Positions 51,403 to 62,033 of a DNA stretch of 64,000 nt are shown here, in pieces (the first letter of the stretch is position 1; each line of letters starts with the position of its first letter). This DNA comes from Macrostomum lignano (Eukaryota). The translations under genes and the position numbers were made by a program. The notes under the pieces were generated by a model. The model saw only the letters and a list, made by a program, of their open reading frames with translations, made no database searches and had not been told where the DNA came from. Location of the stretch: contig NIVC01001814.1 of NCBI GenBank assembly GCA_002269645.1, forward strand, positions 94,751 through 158,750, given 5' to 3'.

Positions 51403-52692
51403 GCATCTCGATAACAGCGTGTTTTTTGCTTACAGCTGTAGACTTTATGCCTTCTCGGGCCCTGGGGAACGGATTCCCCTATCTATTTGATGCAACCGTT
51501 GAGCTGTAGGTGACTTTAATTGTTTTTTGCACCGATTTCCCTTTGATTAGCAGGTGGCTTCTATTTTCTGCAGAACAAAAACACACCCAGACGTACGTGG
51601 AAAAGTTTCATCATCTCAATCAGCAATACGATAAATATATTTATGCGTCTCAGCAGGGTGTGAAACTCATTTACAGCAGTGATTCTGTCTCTTATACGCC
51701 AAAAAATTACTTAGAGTTTAGAGCGGAGCTTTTATCTTTCACAAGCAATATGATTTTCCTTCCTAGCATTGGGGAGTTGGTCCCAGGAGAAGCTCTCGCA
51801 CGGGCAGAGCCAATTTCAAAAGAGCAGTCATCTTGCTGTGAGCAAACGATTGAACGTCGGCGTGAAGCAGCTGACTCACCAGGGACTTAAGAAAGAAAAA
51901 CTTGTTTCTTTAATCTTGCATGTTACCTATCACGCCATCATAAGGATCTAAGCTAGTTCTTTATTAGTATATAACTACTGAAAGTAGAGATGTTAGTAAA
52001 TTATAATAGCATGCGCAGCAGTGTAATATTGAGAATGCTTAGCATAGCATGACCCAAGTTGGTTGGTGCAAATGCATGTAACAGGGAGATGAGAAATAGA
52101 AAGAGGGTAAGAAGACAGTTTAGCCAAAACCGATGGCTGCACACAGGAGAAGAGAAATGAGAGGCTCGCCAGGTCAGGGGCAGAACAATACGAATCTCGG
52201 CTGGCTGTGCAGGGGGCGCATGAGCCTACAATGCGATTTCAATTCTTAGGCGCCTTCTTCACCAACCGCTTCGAATAGCAACAGAGGACAGGCAAGCTTG
52301 TTGAATAGAAAACGTGCTTGGATGACAGGCAAGCGGGCTAGGGGTAGGGGCCCAGCTGCCACACGTGAGACTGCAGAACACGTGCTGTGCTAGGCTGCAG
52401 CCGCTGCAGAATGCGCGCGCAAACAAAAATTTTACAATGCCGAGCGAGCGCAGAGGGGGGAGACGCTGGCTAGGCTGGGGCTTTTGAACACGCAAGACAA
52501 GAGCGGACTGGAACTCAAAGCAGTGGATAAGCAGAGCCAGCAGCGCTGAGGCTCAGTAAATTTTCCAGCTGAGATCACTTCTAAAAAACTGCATTGGCTC
52601 GGGAGTTATCAGCGTACGCCATCGGACATCCATTTTTAGCCATCGCTGCAGTCGGCGAAGCCTCGGGAAAGGCGGCCCGACGCGGACAAAGG

Positions 52693-54324
52693 ATGCGGCG
52701 GCGGGCAGGGCCGCTGCTTCCGCTGCTGTTGCTTCTGCTGCCGCTGCTGCTGCCGTCGCCGCCACCAGTAGCCGCTGTGGCCACCGCCATCCCCGCCGCC
52801 GGTGCCGACTCCATTCAGCTGGAAGAGGTTCCAGACCTGGACGACGAAGACAGCGAGATTGGCCTAGAGAGACGATCAAAAGAAGAGTTGGCACCGCCTC
52901 CCGAGGGTGGCGACCACAAGGAGCTGCTACGGCAGCTAAAAACCGTGCTGCACAAGGAGCTACAGCGTCGTAAAGCGGTCAGCCAGATCGAGAAGAAGGG
53001 TGCGCATCTTTCTGACGTTGTCAGCGGAGCCTCAAAGGTGGGCAAAGCTGTCTCTAAAGAGGACAAGAAGCACAAGAAGAAAAAGAAGAAAAAGAAGCAG
53101 AAAAACTTTTTTGCTACTCTGTGGCAGAAGCTGCGCAAAATATTGCCTCTGTGGGCCATCATTTTAATATTTTCCGGTATCGGTCTCATTTTTCTGCTGC
53201 TGCTAGCGCTGCTCATCTACTGCTGCTGTTGCCGCAGCAAGTCCAGCCGAAGCCGGATGCAGCCGCCCGCCCAGTCAGTGCTGTACAAAGACCTGGACCT
53301 GACCGGCGCGAACCGGCCCCAGTTCGGCATGATCAACTACTCGCTGGAGTACGATCTAAAGAAGGACAACCTCATAGTGACCGTATCCAACTGTCAGGAT
53401 CTGCCAAAAGGCCTGGACAGCTTAGACCCGTACGTGGTGGTGAGCATGATGAGCGAGAAGGACGAGGCTGCTGGCAAGACGCGCGGCACAAAGCCAAAAA
53501 CGTCGAAAACTGTGCGCAACAGCGGGAACCCGGTATTCAACTTCTCCTGCGTCTTCCCAGTAAAGAAGAAGTCAGAGCTCAAGGAGAAGATTGTCGTGTT
53601 CGAGGTATTCGATTGGGACTACGGAATCAAGCACGACATGGTGGCACGCAAAGTTGTCCACCTACGTCGCCTGGGCGAAGGTCTGGACGAGATTCTCGGG
53701 CGGACAGCCGACTTCTCGAAGGCGCTGCGCCGCGGCTTGCCACGCGACGAACGCGGGCCAGGCGACATCTGCCTGTCGCTGTACTACGCCGCCAAGAACA
53801 TGTCGCTCACCGTGAGCATCATCGAATGCAAGGGCGTCTTCGTCGCCAAGGGTCGCTCCGAGGAGCCGGACCTCGAGACCCTACCAAACACCTTTGTGCG
53901 CCTGAGCCTGCGGCATCCGCAGCTGAAACGCGAACAGGTGAAACGATCCAAGCAGGTCTCGGGCACCAGGAATCCCTACTTCAACCAGCAGTTCGTGTTC
54001 GAAGTTGGCGCTCGCGACATGCTGGAGACGTGCATCCTGCGCATCACTCTGGTGCACAAGACCGAGACCCTGCGGCTCAAGCGGCCCGTCGGCTCTCTGA
54101 AGCTGCACGCAGGCGCCGACCCCGACAGCCTGCCGCTGCTGCACTGGCGCGAGCTGCTGCAGACGCCGAACCGGGCGGTGGCCCGCTGGCACAATCTGAT
54201 CACACCCGAGGCCGAGGAGAGAAACCGCAAGATCAGGGAGAAGGAGGAGAAGCGCCGGCTGCAGGAGCTGCAGGAGGAGGCGGAGGCGGCGGCCGAGACC
54301 GCGGCGCCCTCGGGAAATCGATGA
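52693..54324 (+). CDS. Intronless synaptotagmin-like protein (signal peptide, luminal domain, TM, Cys cluster, C2A, C2B), 543 aa
   Basis: The first ATG is at 52693 (the track start at 52594 is a TTG). KQKNFF..KILPLWAIILI..IYCCCC resembles the Syt1 juxtamembrane/TM region. C2A has DPYV, NPVFN and VFDWDYGIKHD. C2B has GDICLSLYY, NPYFNQQFVFEV and HWRELL..RWHNL. AATAAA lies at ~54513. Confidence 0.88.
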   Translation: MRRRAGPLLPLLLLLLPLLLPSPPPVAAVATAIPAAGADSIQLEEVPDLDDEDSEIGLERRSKEELAPPPEGGDHKELLRQLKTVLHKELQRRKAVSQIEKKGAHLSDVVSGASKVGKAVSKEDKKHKKKKKKKKQKNFFATLWQKLRKILPLWAIILIFSGIGLIFLLLLALLIYCCCCRSKSSRSRMQPPAQSVLYKDLDLTGANRPQFGMINYSLEYDLKKDNLIVTVSNCQDLPKGLDSLDPYVVVSMMSEKDEAAGKTRGTKPKTSKTVRNSGNPVFNFSCVFPVKKKSELKEKIVVFEVFDWDYGIKHDMVARKVVHLRRLGEGLDEILGRTADFSKALRRGLPRDERGPGDICLSLYYAAKNMSLTVSIIECKGVFVAKGRSEEPDLETLPNTFVRLSLRHPQLKREQVKRSKQVSGTRNPYFNQQFVFEVGARDMLETCILRITLVHKTETLRLKRPVGSLKLHAGADPDSLPLLHWRELLQTPNRAVARWHNLITPEAEERNRKIREKEEKRRLQELQEEAEAAAETAAPSGNR

Positions 54325-55211
54325 TGATTTTATTTTAAATCGATAATAATTTTAGTCAACAGAAATTCGAAATTATATGCCGTTCCAGTACTGATCCGAC
54401 CGCTGTTGAGTATTTTGGATAAAGAAATCTGAATTTGGGGAACAAATTGCTTGCTCTATGCACTGTGTTTATTTTCTATCATACAGTACGCCTACATATA
54501 TGAAATGCATAAAAATAAACGTGCTTATGCTTTTAAACAACTACTATCAATTCTATAGCTGAATTCACTGTGGACTCTAAACTCTTGGAAGTAGCAGAGC
54601 TGTTACGAATGAACTGGAAACCAAAACACGTCCGAGCAGTGTTGGTGAAACAGAATTTTAATAAGTAGTCCTTTATTTTTTAGGGTTTATTGATTTTCGC
54701 ACAGTATTTTTGCTGCATCCTTGTCTTAGCTGCTTTTGTCAACAATGACCCTGCCTTGTCATTGGCAGGTGCATGGGCAGGGTTAAGTTGCGGGTATGTA
54801 AAAATTAATCAGTCGGGGGCACAGAGACTAAACTGGTTGAGGACTAAAGACTGTCTGGAGATGTTTTTGAGCTGATTTCGGAAAAATATGCTGCTTTAGG
54901 GAGTGAAGCTTCGGCTGGGAGTCTCCCAGCCGCCGGAGTCTGGTAGGCTGTCGTTGCTTAGAAAATTGATGAAGTCAGCGAGACGAGAAGTCAGCTCACG
55001 AGTTTGGGAAGCCTTCTCTGGAATGCGTCAGGATTAACTGTTTTTTTAAATATCCACTTCGATAATTATTTATATTGCACACTTCGGTAGTCTGCTCACG
55101 CGAGAAAACAGGCACCAAACCCCAATAGACCAGGGAGGAGGGCAGGGGGAGCCTTGCTCGCTGATTAGGCGCCCCCTGTTAATCATTTCACCTATTCCCC
55201 AGCAACTAATT

Positions 55212-55745
55212 TGGTGCTGGCGCCCCTTGGTGCTGGCGCCCCTTGGTGCTGGCGCCCCTTGGTGCTGGCGCCCCTTGGTGCTGGCGCCCCTTGGTGCTGG
55301 CGCCCCTTGGTGCTGGCGCCCCTTGGTGCTGGCGCCCCTTGGTGCTGGCGCCCCTTGGTGCTAAAGCCCCTTGGTGCTGGCGCTCCTTGGTGCTGGCGCC
55401 CCTTGGTGCTAAAGCCCCTTGGTGCTAAAGCCCCTTGGTGCTAAAGCCCCTTGGTGCTAAAGCCCCTTGGTGCTAAAGCCCCTTGGTGCTAAAGCCCCTT
55501 GGTGCTAAAGCCCCTTGGTGCTAAAGCCCCTTGGTGCTAAAGCCCCTTGGTGCTAAAGCCCCTTGGTGCTAAAGCCCCTTGGTGCTAAAGCCCCTTGGTG
55601 CTAAAGCCCCTTGGTGCTAAAGCCCCTTGGTGCTAAAGCCCCTTGGTGCTAAAGCCCCTTGGTGCTAAAGCCCCTTGGTGCTAAAGCCCCTTGGTGCTAA
55701 AGCCCCTTGGTGCTAAAGCCCCTTGGTGCTAAAGCCCCTTGGTGC
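55212..55745. repeat. 16-nt tandem array with two sub-blocks (ggtgctggcgcccctt then ggtgctaaagcccctt)
   Basis: Directly visible. Confidence 0.96.
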
Positions 55746-56048
55746 TCCCAAGATGGCGCCCCCTAGATGGCGCGCCTGCCATGATACTTTTGAGAGGTGG
55801 CGGCTCTTGGTACTGGCGCAAGACCCGGCCCTCAATTATAAAACCTGGCTACGCCCCTGCAATGGACCCCTCAGTCTCAATTTCTGATGATTTAATTGAT
55901 TGATCCCCTCTACTTTGCTGGCATGATGTCTCTCTAATGCTCCGCATTTTGCCTCACTAATTTTTTGAAAATCATACTAATTGGAGATTGTTCTAAGGAA
56001 AACTTCAGGCTTCTTGCCTCCTCTTGCCAAACTGGGTCGCATTGTAAC

Positions 56049-58302
56049 TCACTCGGCCTTGACAGCCAGCGAAGCGCCAGTGGCAAACTGGTGCATCCGG
56101 AGGCGGCGTCGCATCTCCGCCGGGTTGTGCAGCGCCTTCGTTAGCGGTGACGCTGCAGCGGCACTGCGCCGAAGGGGTCGTCGCCGACGTCGCCGTTGCT
56201 GGCAAGGCGCCGATGCAGCCGCTTCTATCGGCGCCAGATCGATAGCCAGGGCGCGCATGTCTGCTCGAGTGAGACCGCGCGGCCCCGGCACCACAGGCGG
56301 CGCTGTGCCGCACATCCGACGCTGATGTGCCGCGTAATTTGACGCGCAGTTGGCCAGCTCAGTCTGACCGGCCATGGCATTGATGAGGCGCCGATAGTTG
56401 GCGTCTGGTCCGTCCGAGTAGGCGGCAACTTCTCGGAGCTGACGCAGCAGCCGGCATCGGTCAGGTCTATTGTCAGAGTCGGCCAGAGCATCAACGAGGT
56501 CGAGGAGGCCTCCGCTGCCGCTTTTGCAGTCGCCTTTTGTGCAGGCAAGTTTCAAGAGACGGCGCAGCCGGCAAAGCTGCGGGCTGGACAGGCGCTCGGC
56601 TGGACACAGCGCGGGACAGCCAGTGCAGCGCACAGCCAGCGCCACAGCCCGGTCGCGCATAGTAACCAGCTCCGTCAGGCTGCTCAGCACCCACTCGAGG
56701 TCGTGGGCAACCGGCGGCGCGCGGCCTCCGCAGCCAGTCCGATAAAACTCGCGGCAGAGATCGCGCAAGTAAGCTGCCACACGCAACGCTTTGGCGTATC
56801 GGAGAGAGCCGCGACGGTAGGCCGCAACGCTAGCCGCCAGGGTGGTAACCCGACGACTGTCGCTGCTGGTATTGTTGGGCGCTGGAGTTTGCAGCGTTGC
56901 GTCCGGGTCTGCGGCTGGGACAGCCGCCGGTACAGTTCGCTGGCAGCAGTTGTTGTTGTTAGTGCCGCTAGACTGGGCGGCTGTCGGCTGCCAGGTGCGC
57001 AGCGTCCACTGGTCCTGCGAAGCTTCCATGTCGGTGATGTTATCCCGAACGTTGCGATGCTGGTGCAGCTGCGAATTGTGCTTTGGCTGCTCCTGCGAGT
57101 CAGCGTTGTTTGCATCATCGAGCCTGCGTTATTTGATCAGTTCGTTGCGCTACGTTAGGTTTGAGTTGATTTGATTTAATCTGGTTTACGTATAAATCCT
57201 CCCTAGATAAAAATAAGCACTCGAGAATTGTTCAGGACATACGCAAATACGATTAATATTCTTAAAGTACTACTTAACACGTCTTTACGAGATAAAGACT
57301 AAAGTGCAAGTACGCAAGTTATGACTCACCCCAGGCTGTTTGGCAGTCGTTTTGGGAAGCTGATGCCACCGCTAGCTCCGCTGGCGCCGAAGCTCAGCAT
57401 GCTGCAGCTGTTGTGTCGGTTGCCACTGTAATCATTATCGGCGTTTTCGTCGTAGCCTTCGCCGGAGAGCTCGCCCTCGCCCTCGCTACTCTTCTTAATG
57501 GACGTAACGATACCGCCGCACCTGCCGCAGGTGCCCGACTGCTGCCGTCGATTAGGTTGTCGACCTCGACGCCCGGCTGTTTTTTCTGCTTTCCCTGCCG
57601 CCCTCTGTCTCTGCCATTGTCCACCGCGGCCATCTCGCCGAGCCGGTCCATGACCACATCCAGCATGTAACGGTCCACTGTGTCTTCACAGCGTGCACCG
57701 ATGTGCTGCGCCCGCCACAGGGCGCGACTCTCGTTTTCCAGCTTGCGCCGCATCGGCGTCTGCAGCGCATTCGCCTGCTGAGCTGATGTCTTTGCTTGAT
57801 CTGGCCGCCTCCGCGGGCGCCGGCTGGTCCGGTTGGCCCGGATGCTGTCCACCAGATCGGTCAGGAACCTGTCGGCTTCGGCTAATCGCCGCTGGTTCCT
57901 CGGAGCCAAGCTGAGCCCCAGCATCATGTTGTTCAGGGAGAACTCCAGCTTATCAAGCGACTTCTGGCACTTTGCCAATCGTTCAACTTGATCCTCGCTG
58001 CACTGGCTACCCTCGCCGCCTGAAAAACCAGCTGGTCCTTCGGAACTGTCATGGTCGATCTCCGTATTGTTCCAGCTTAAATCATGGTACTGAAGCTTCT
58101 TCTCCTGCTGCTTCTGCTGCTGTTGGTACTTCTGCTGATGCAGGCCAGCATCAGGCGACATCGACAGGGGCCGTGTCTGCTGCTGCATCGGCGGCTCCGG
58201 CGGATGCAGCGGTGACCAATCGTCTGGACTGACGGTGGCGAGCGAAGCGCCGCGACTTCGCTGGCGGAACAGCATCCGCCTGAGCGGCCGCTTGCTCGGC
58301 AT
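56049..58302 (-). CDS. Uncharacterised protein, at least 2 exons (58302 to 57330; 57123 to 56049), with a frame discontinuity near 57540-57600
   Basis: Two long GC-rich ORFs (323 aa and 326 aa). The GT-AG intron 57124-57329 (ctggg|gtgag ... taacgcag|g) joins ..RLPNSL-G-LDDANN.. in phase 2. No family recognised. Confidence 0.6.
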
Positions 58303-59224
58303 CTCTGCTGCTGGCGTTACCAAATCTTCCTGCCGTCTCTCAAGTAGCGAGAGCGAGTTGACCAAATGCCTTATAGTTAACCAAAAATTTGTTCATGCCT
58401 TAGTTCGCGCATATAAATTTCCCTATCTGCCTTTCCCAGAAGACGCAAGTACCATAGACACTCGAGATGAATAATGAATAATTTATCAAAAACCTGCTAC
58501 TTGATTGAACAAATTTAACCGTAAAAACAGCGCATCAGCTTTGCATTTTTTCTGCGTTTGCTTTTTCGTCCCGGTGGTGTTTACAAGCAGAAGAGACTAG
58601 CTAATACGAGTACATGCGTACGAGTGGGTAACTTTCCTAAGCCTGTATATCCGTTTAGTTGATGGATGCAACCACAATTTTGGTTAGCCAACTGCAAATA
58701 TTTAAGTAAATCCAACACAGCTGTAAGACTAATTCTTCTATTCGCTAATCCAATGAACGGAAAGAATATGAAATATGAATAATACCTTTATACCAGAACA
58801 AATACGGAAAGTCTTGCCGCAGTCTAGGACTACTTTGGGCATGAAATTTCACCGAAACTCAAGTTTATTCCAGAGTTCCCAAAAATTCGATCATTTTGAC
58901 AGAAAACTCAAATTTTGAGAATAATTTCATTTGAAATCGGATCATCCGCACACCTGGCGCATTCGCGCCTGTCCCTGAAGTTGCCTGGGAAAGGCTGCCC
59001 AGCTTTGTGTAAATGCCCGTCGACAACTGGCACTTAAGAAGTGTTAATGCGGATGCGATTAGTGGAAATAATCCTTTGAAAGCGCAGTGCTTGGGCAGCA
59101 AAGTATTTGCGTCAAAGTAGCTGGACCGTCAGAAAACCTATAAATTAATCGATATTTTAGTCGAATATCTCCCTAGCTGACTGTTGTAGCAACAAACTGG
59201 TTACCATATTCAGACAACTAAAGC

Positions 59225-61114
59225 ATGCGCTACAGCCTAGCTCTGAGCGCCGCTGTTCTGGCGACACTGTCGCTTGCGGTTGGCGCTGCAATCAACTTAG
59301 CCGAGTGCTTTGCCAAGGACCGGGACGCCTGCATCAACTGCGTAGTGCAGTTTAGCAACGAGAGGTACGACGAATTCTGCAAGGCCTCGCCAACCAGCAG
59401 CATGTGCGGCAACGATGCTGGAAAAACCAACTACGTCAGCAACATTCAGAGATCCGCAAGTAACGGCTGCCCAGCTGCAGCAGCGATAGAGAAGGCAGCA
59501 CAAGCAGCAGAAACTACAACCGAAGCTCCGACAACTACCGAATCTCCAACAACTACGACCCAAGCTCTGACAACTACGACCCAAGCTGCGACAACTACGA
59601 CCCAAGCTGCGATAACTACGACCCAAGCTGCGATAACTACGACCGAAGCTCCAACAACTACAACCAAAGCTCCAACAACTACAACCGAAGCTCCAACAAC
59701 TACAACCAAAGCTCCGACAACTACAACCGAAGCTCCAACAACTACAACCCAAGCTCCAACAACTACAACCAAAGCTCCGACAACTACAACCAAAGCTCCA
59801 ACAACTACAACCGAAGCTCCAACAACTACAACCGAAGCTCCGACAACTACAACCAAAGCTCCAACAACTACAACCGAAGCTCCGACAACTACAACCAAAG
59901 CTCCAACAACTACAACCAAAGCCCTGACAACTACAACCGAAGCTCCGACAACTACAACCAAAGCTCCAACAACTACAACCGAAGCTCCGACAACTACAAC
60001 CAAAGCTCCAACAACTACAACCGAAGCTCCGACAACTACAACCAAAGCTCCAACAACTACAACCAAAGCCCTGACAACTACAACCGAAGCTCCGACAACT
60101 ACAACCGAAGCTCCAACAACTACAACCGAAGCTCCGACAACTACAACCAAAGCTCCAACAACTACAACCGAAGCTCCAACAACTACAACCGAAGCTTCGA
60201 CAACTACAACCAAAGCTCCGACAACTACAACCAAAGCTCCAAAAACTACAACCGAAGCTCCAACAACTACAACAAAAGCCCTGACAACTACAACCGAAGC
60301 TCCGACAACTACAACCGAAGCTCCGACAACTACAACCGAAGCTCCAACAACTACAATCGAAGCTCCAACAACTACAACCAAAGCTCCAACAACTACAACC
60401 GAAGCTCCGACAACTAAAACCGAAGCTCCGACAACTACAACCAAAGCTCCAACAACTACAACCAAAGCTCCAACAACTACAACCAAAGCTACGACAACTA
60501 CAACCGAAGCTCCCACAACTACTACTGAAGCGACGACAACAAAGCGTCCAGGACATTGTCGTGGACATGGTCATGGACATTGCCATGGACACGGTCATGG
60601 TCACGGTCATGGAAACGGTCACGGTCATGGACACGGTCATGGTCATGGACATGGTCATGGTCATGGACACGGTCACAGTCATGGCGATGATAATGACGAA
60701 GATGACAAGGACAAAGGAGGCAAGGGTAAAGGAGACAAAGGCAAGGGAAGTAAGGGCAAAGCAGGCAAGGACAGAGATGATAAGAACAGGGGTAAAAGAA
60801 GAGGATACGACAGAAGTTGGGTTGATGATGACAGTGACAGAGGCGACTGGCAAAAGCGTAGAGGCGGCTGGAGAAAGCGTAGAGGCGGCTGGAGAAAGCG
60901 TAGAGGCGGCTGGCAAAAGCGTAGAGGCGGCTGGCAAAAGCGTAGAGGCGGCTGGCAAAAGCGTAGAGGCGGCTGGAAAAGCGTAGAGGCGGCTGGAGAA
61001 AGCGTAGAGGTGGCTGGCAAAAGCGTAGAGGCGGCTGGAGAAAGCTTAGAGGCAGCTGGAGAAAGCGTAGCGGCAGGGGAGGCCGGTGAGGTTAAAGCTG
61101 AAATCAAGAATTGA
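59225..61114 (+). CDS. Secreted multi-block mucin-like protein: signal peptide, 6-Cys domain, TTTT[E/K]AP repeats, (GH)n, D/K/G-rich linker, GGW[RQ]KRR repeats
   Basis: Single 629-aa ORF with signal peptide MRYSLALSAAVLATLSLAVGA. Synonymous third-position variation occurs within the repeats (cca/ccg, cat/cac, ggt/gga). Confidence 0.85.
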   Translation: MRYSLALSAAVLATLSLAVGAAINLAECFAKDRDACINCVVQFSNERYDEFCKASPTSSMCGNDAGKTNYVSNIQRSASNGCPAAAAIEKAAQAAETTTEAPTTTESPTTTTQALTTTTQAATTTTQAAITTTQAAITTTEAPTTTTKAPTTTTEAPTTTTKAPTTTTEAPTTTTQAPTTTTKAPTTTTKAPTTTTEAPTTTTEAPTTTTKAPTTTTEAPTTTTKAPTTTTKALTTTTEAPTTTTKAPTTTTEAPTTTTKAPTTTTEAPTTTTKAPTTTTKALTTTTEAPTTTTEAPTTTTEAPTTTTKAPTTTTEAPTTTTEASTTTTKAPTTTTKAPKTTTEAPTTTTKALTTTTEAPTTTTEAPTTTTEAPTTTIEAPTTTTKAPTTTTEAPTTKTEAPTTTTKAPTTTTKAPTTTTKATTTTTEAPTTTTEATTTKRPGHCRGHGHGHCHGHGHGHGHGNGHGHGHGHGHGHGHGHGHGHSHGDDNDEDDKDKGGKGKGDKGKGSKGKAGKDRDDKNRGKRRGYDRSWVDDDSDRGDWQKRRGGWRKRRGGWRKRRGGWQKRRGGWQKRRGGWQKRRGGWKSVEAAGESVEVAGKSVEAAGESLEAAGESVAAGEAGEVKAEIKN

Positions 61115-62033
61115 CAGCTGATGCACTCACTCAATCAATGAGGTTGAGAAATTTTGCTATTGACAGGACATAACTTGGTGGTGGTAAATGCTTTATCTTG
61201 ATTGAGAACTAGAACAGTAGCAAAATCGAACTTTAAAATAGACGGTTTAAAATAATCGGCTGAACGGAATAATCTACTCCGTTGATTTTGCTATAGCTTT
61301 CAAACACTTTCTATTTTTACATTAGTGTATAACTATAAGTTTACTCAATAAGATTAGCATACAGATCCGTTAATATCTGCTCATTGGTTGGGTCAATGAG
61401 GAGGCAGTAAACGAACAATGATACACTAATGCAACTATGGGCATATAAGGGTAAAAGCAAGAGATAAGTTGTAAAACCTCGTAGAATCAGCCACAAACAA
61501 GGACCGTCGAAGTTTAAAGTCGCATTAGACAGATGGCAGCGAAGTTAGCTCTTAGTACACTATGCTTTTAGTACACTTGCAGGGTTACAGGTACGCTAGA
61601 CAGGGGCAAAAGCAAATGAAGTGCAACACAACATCCAGTCTACACATATCATGCTGCTGAACTTTCGCTGTACGAATATTAGACAAAATGGATTTCAAAC
61701 AGCATTGCACAAGCACATCAAAGAGGAACCACAAGAGCTGGGCAAGCTCTACTGCTTCCATGCTTCCATGCGTCTCCATTAAGCAGAGCCGTAATGATGA
61801 TCAGACAAAATACACGAAAGACTAGTTCCATCATGATCATGCATTATATATGGCTTCTAAAATTCTGAATAGATACGCTCGTAGCATATCTATAAATAGC
61901 AAGCTTGGAAAATCCTACAATCAATCACGGTAAAGAAAAAATGGAAAAAAGTTGGAAAGGTTATAGAAAAGTGCCGACAGCCATGCAACTAGATCTTAGG
62001 GTGGAATCTTGCCCTTGTTGGCCGCTTTGCATG

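Noticed and set aside
52553-54338. Alternative-frame and antisense ORFs over the synaptotagmin gene (e.g. 53121-54338, 405 aa)
   Set aside because: GC-rich shadow frames of a clearly coding ORF, with no motifs.
59297-61134. Antisense Val-rich and Cys/Ser-rich ORFs over the mucin gene
   Set aside because: Reverse-complement shadows of the Thr and Gly-His repeats.
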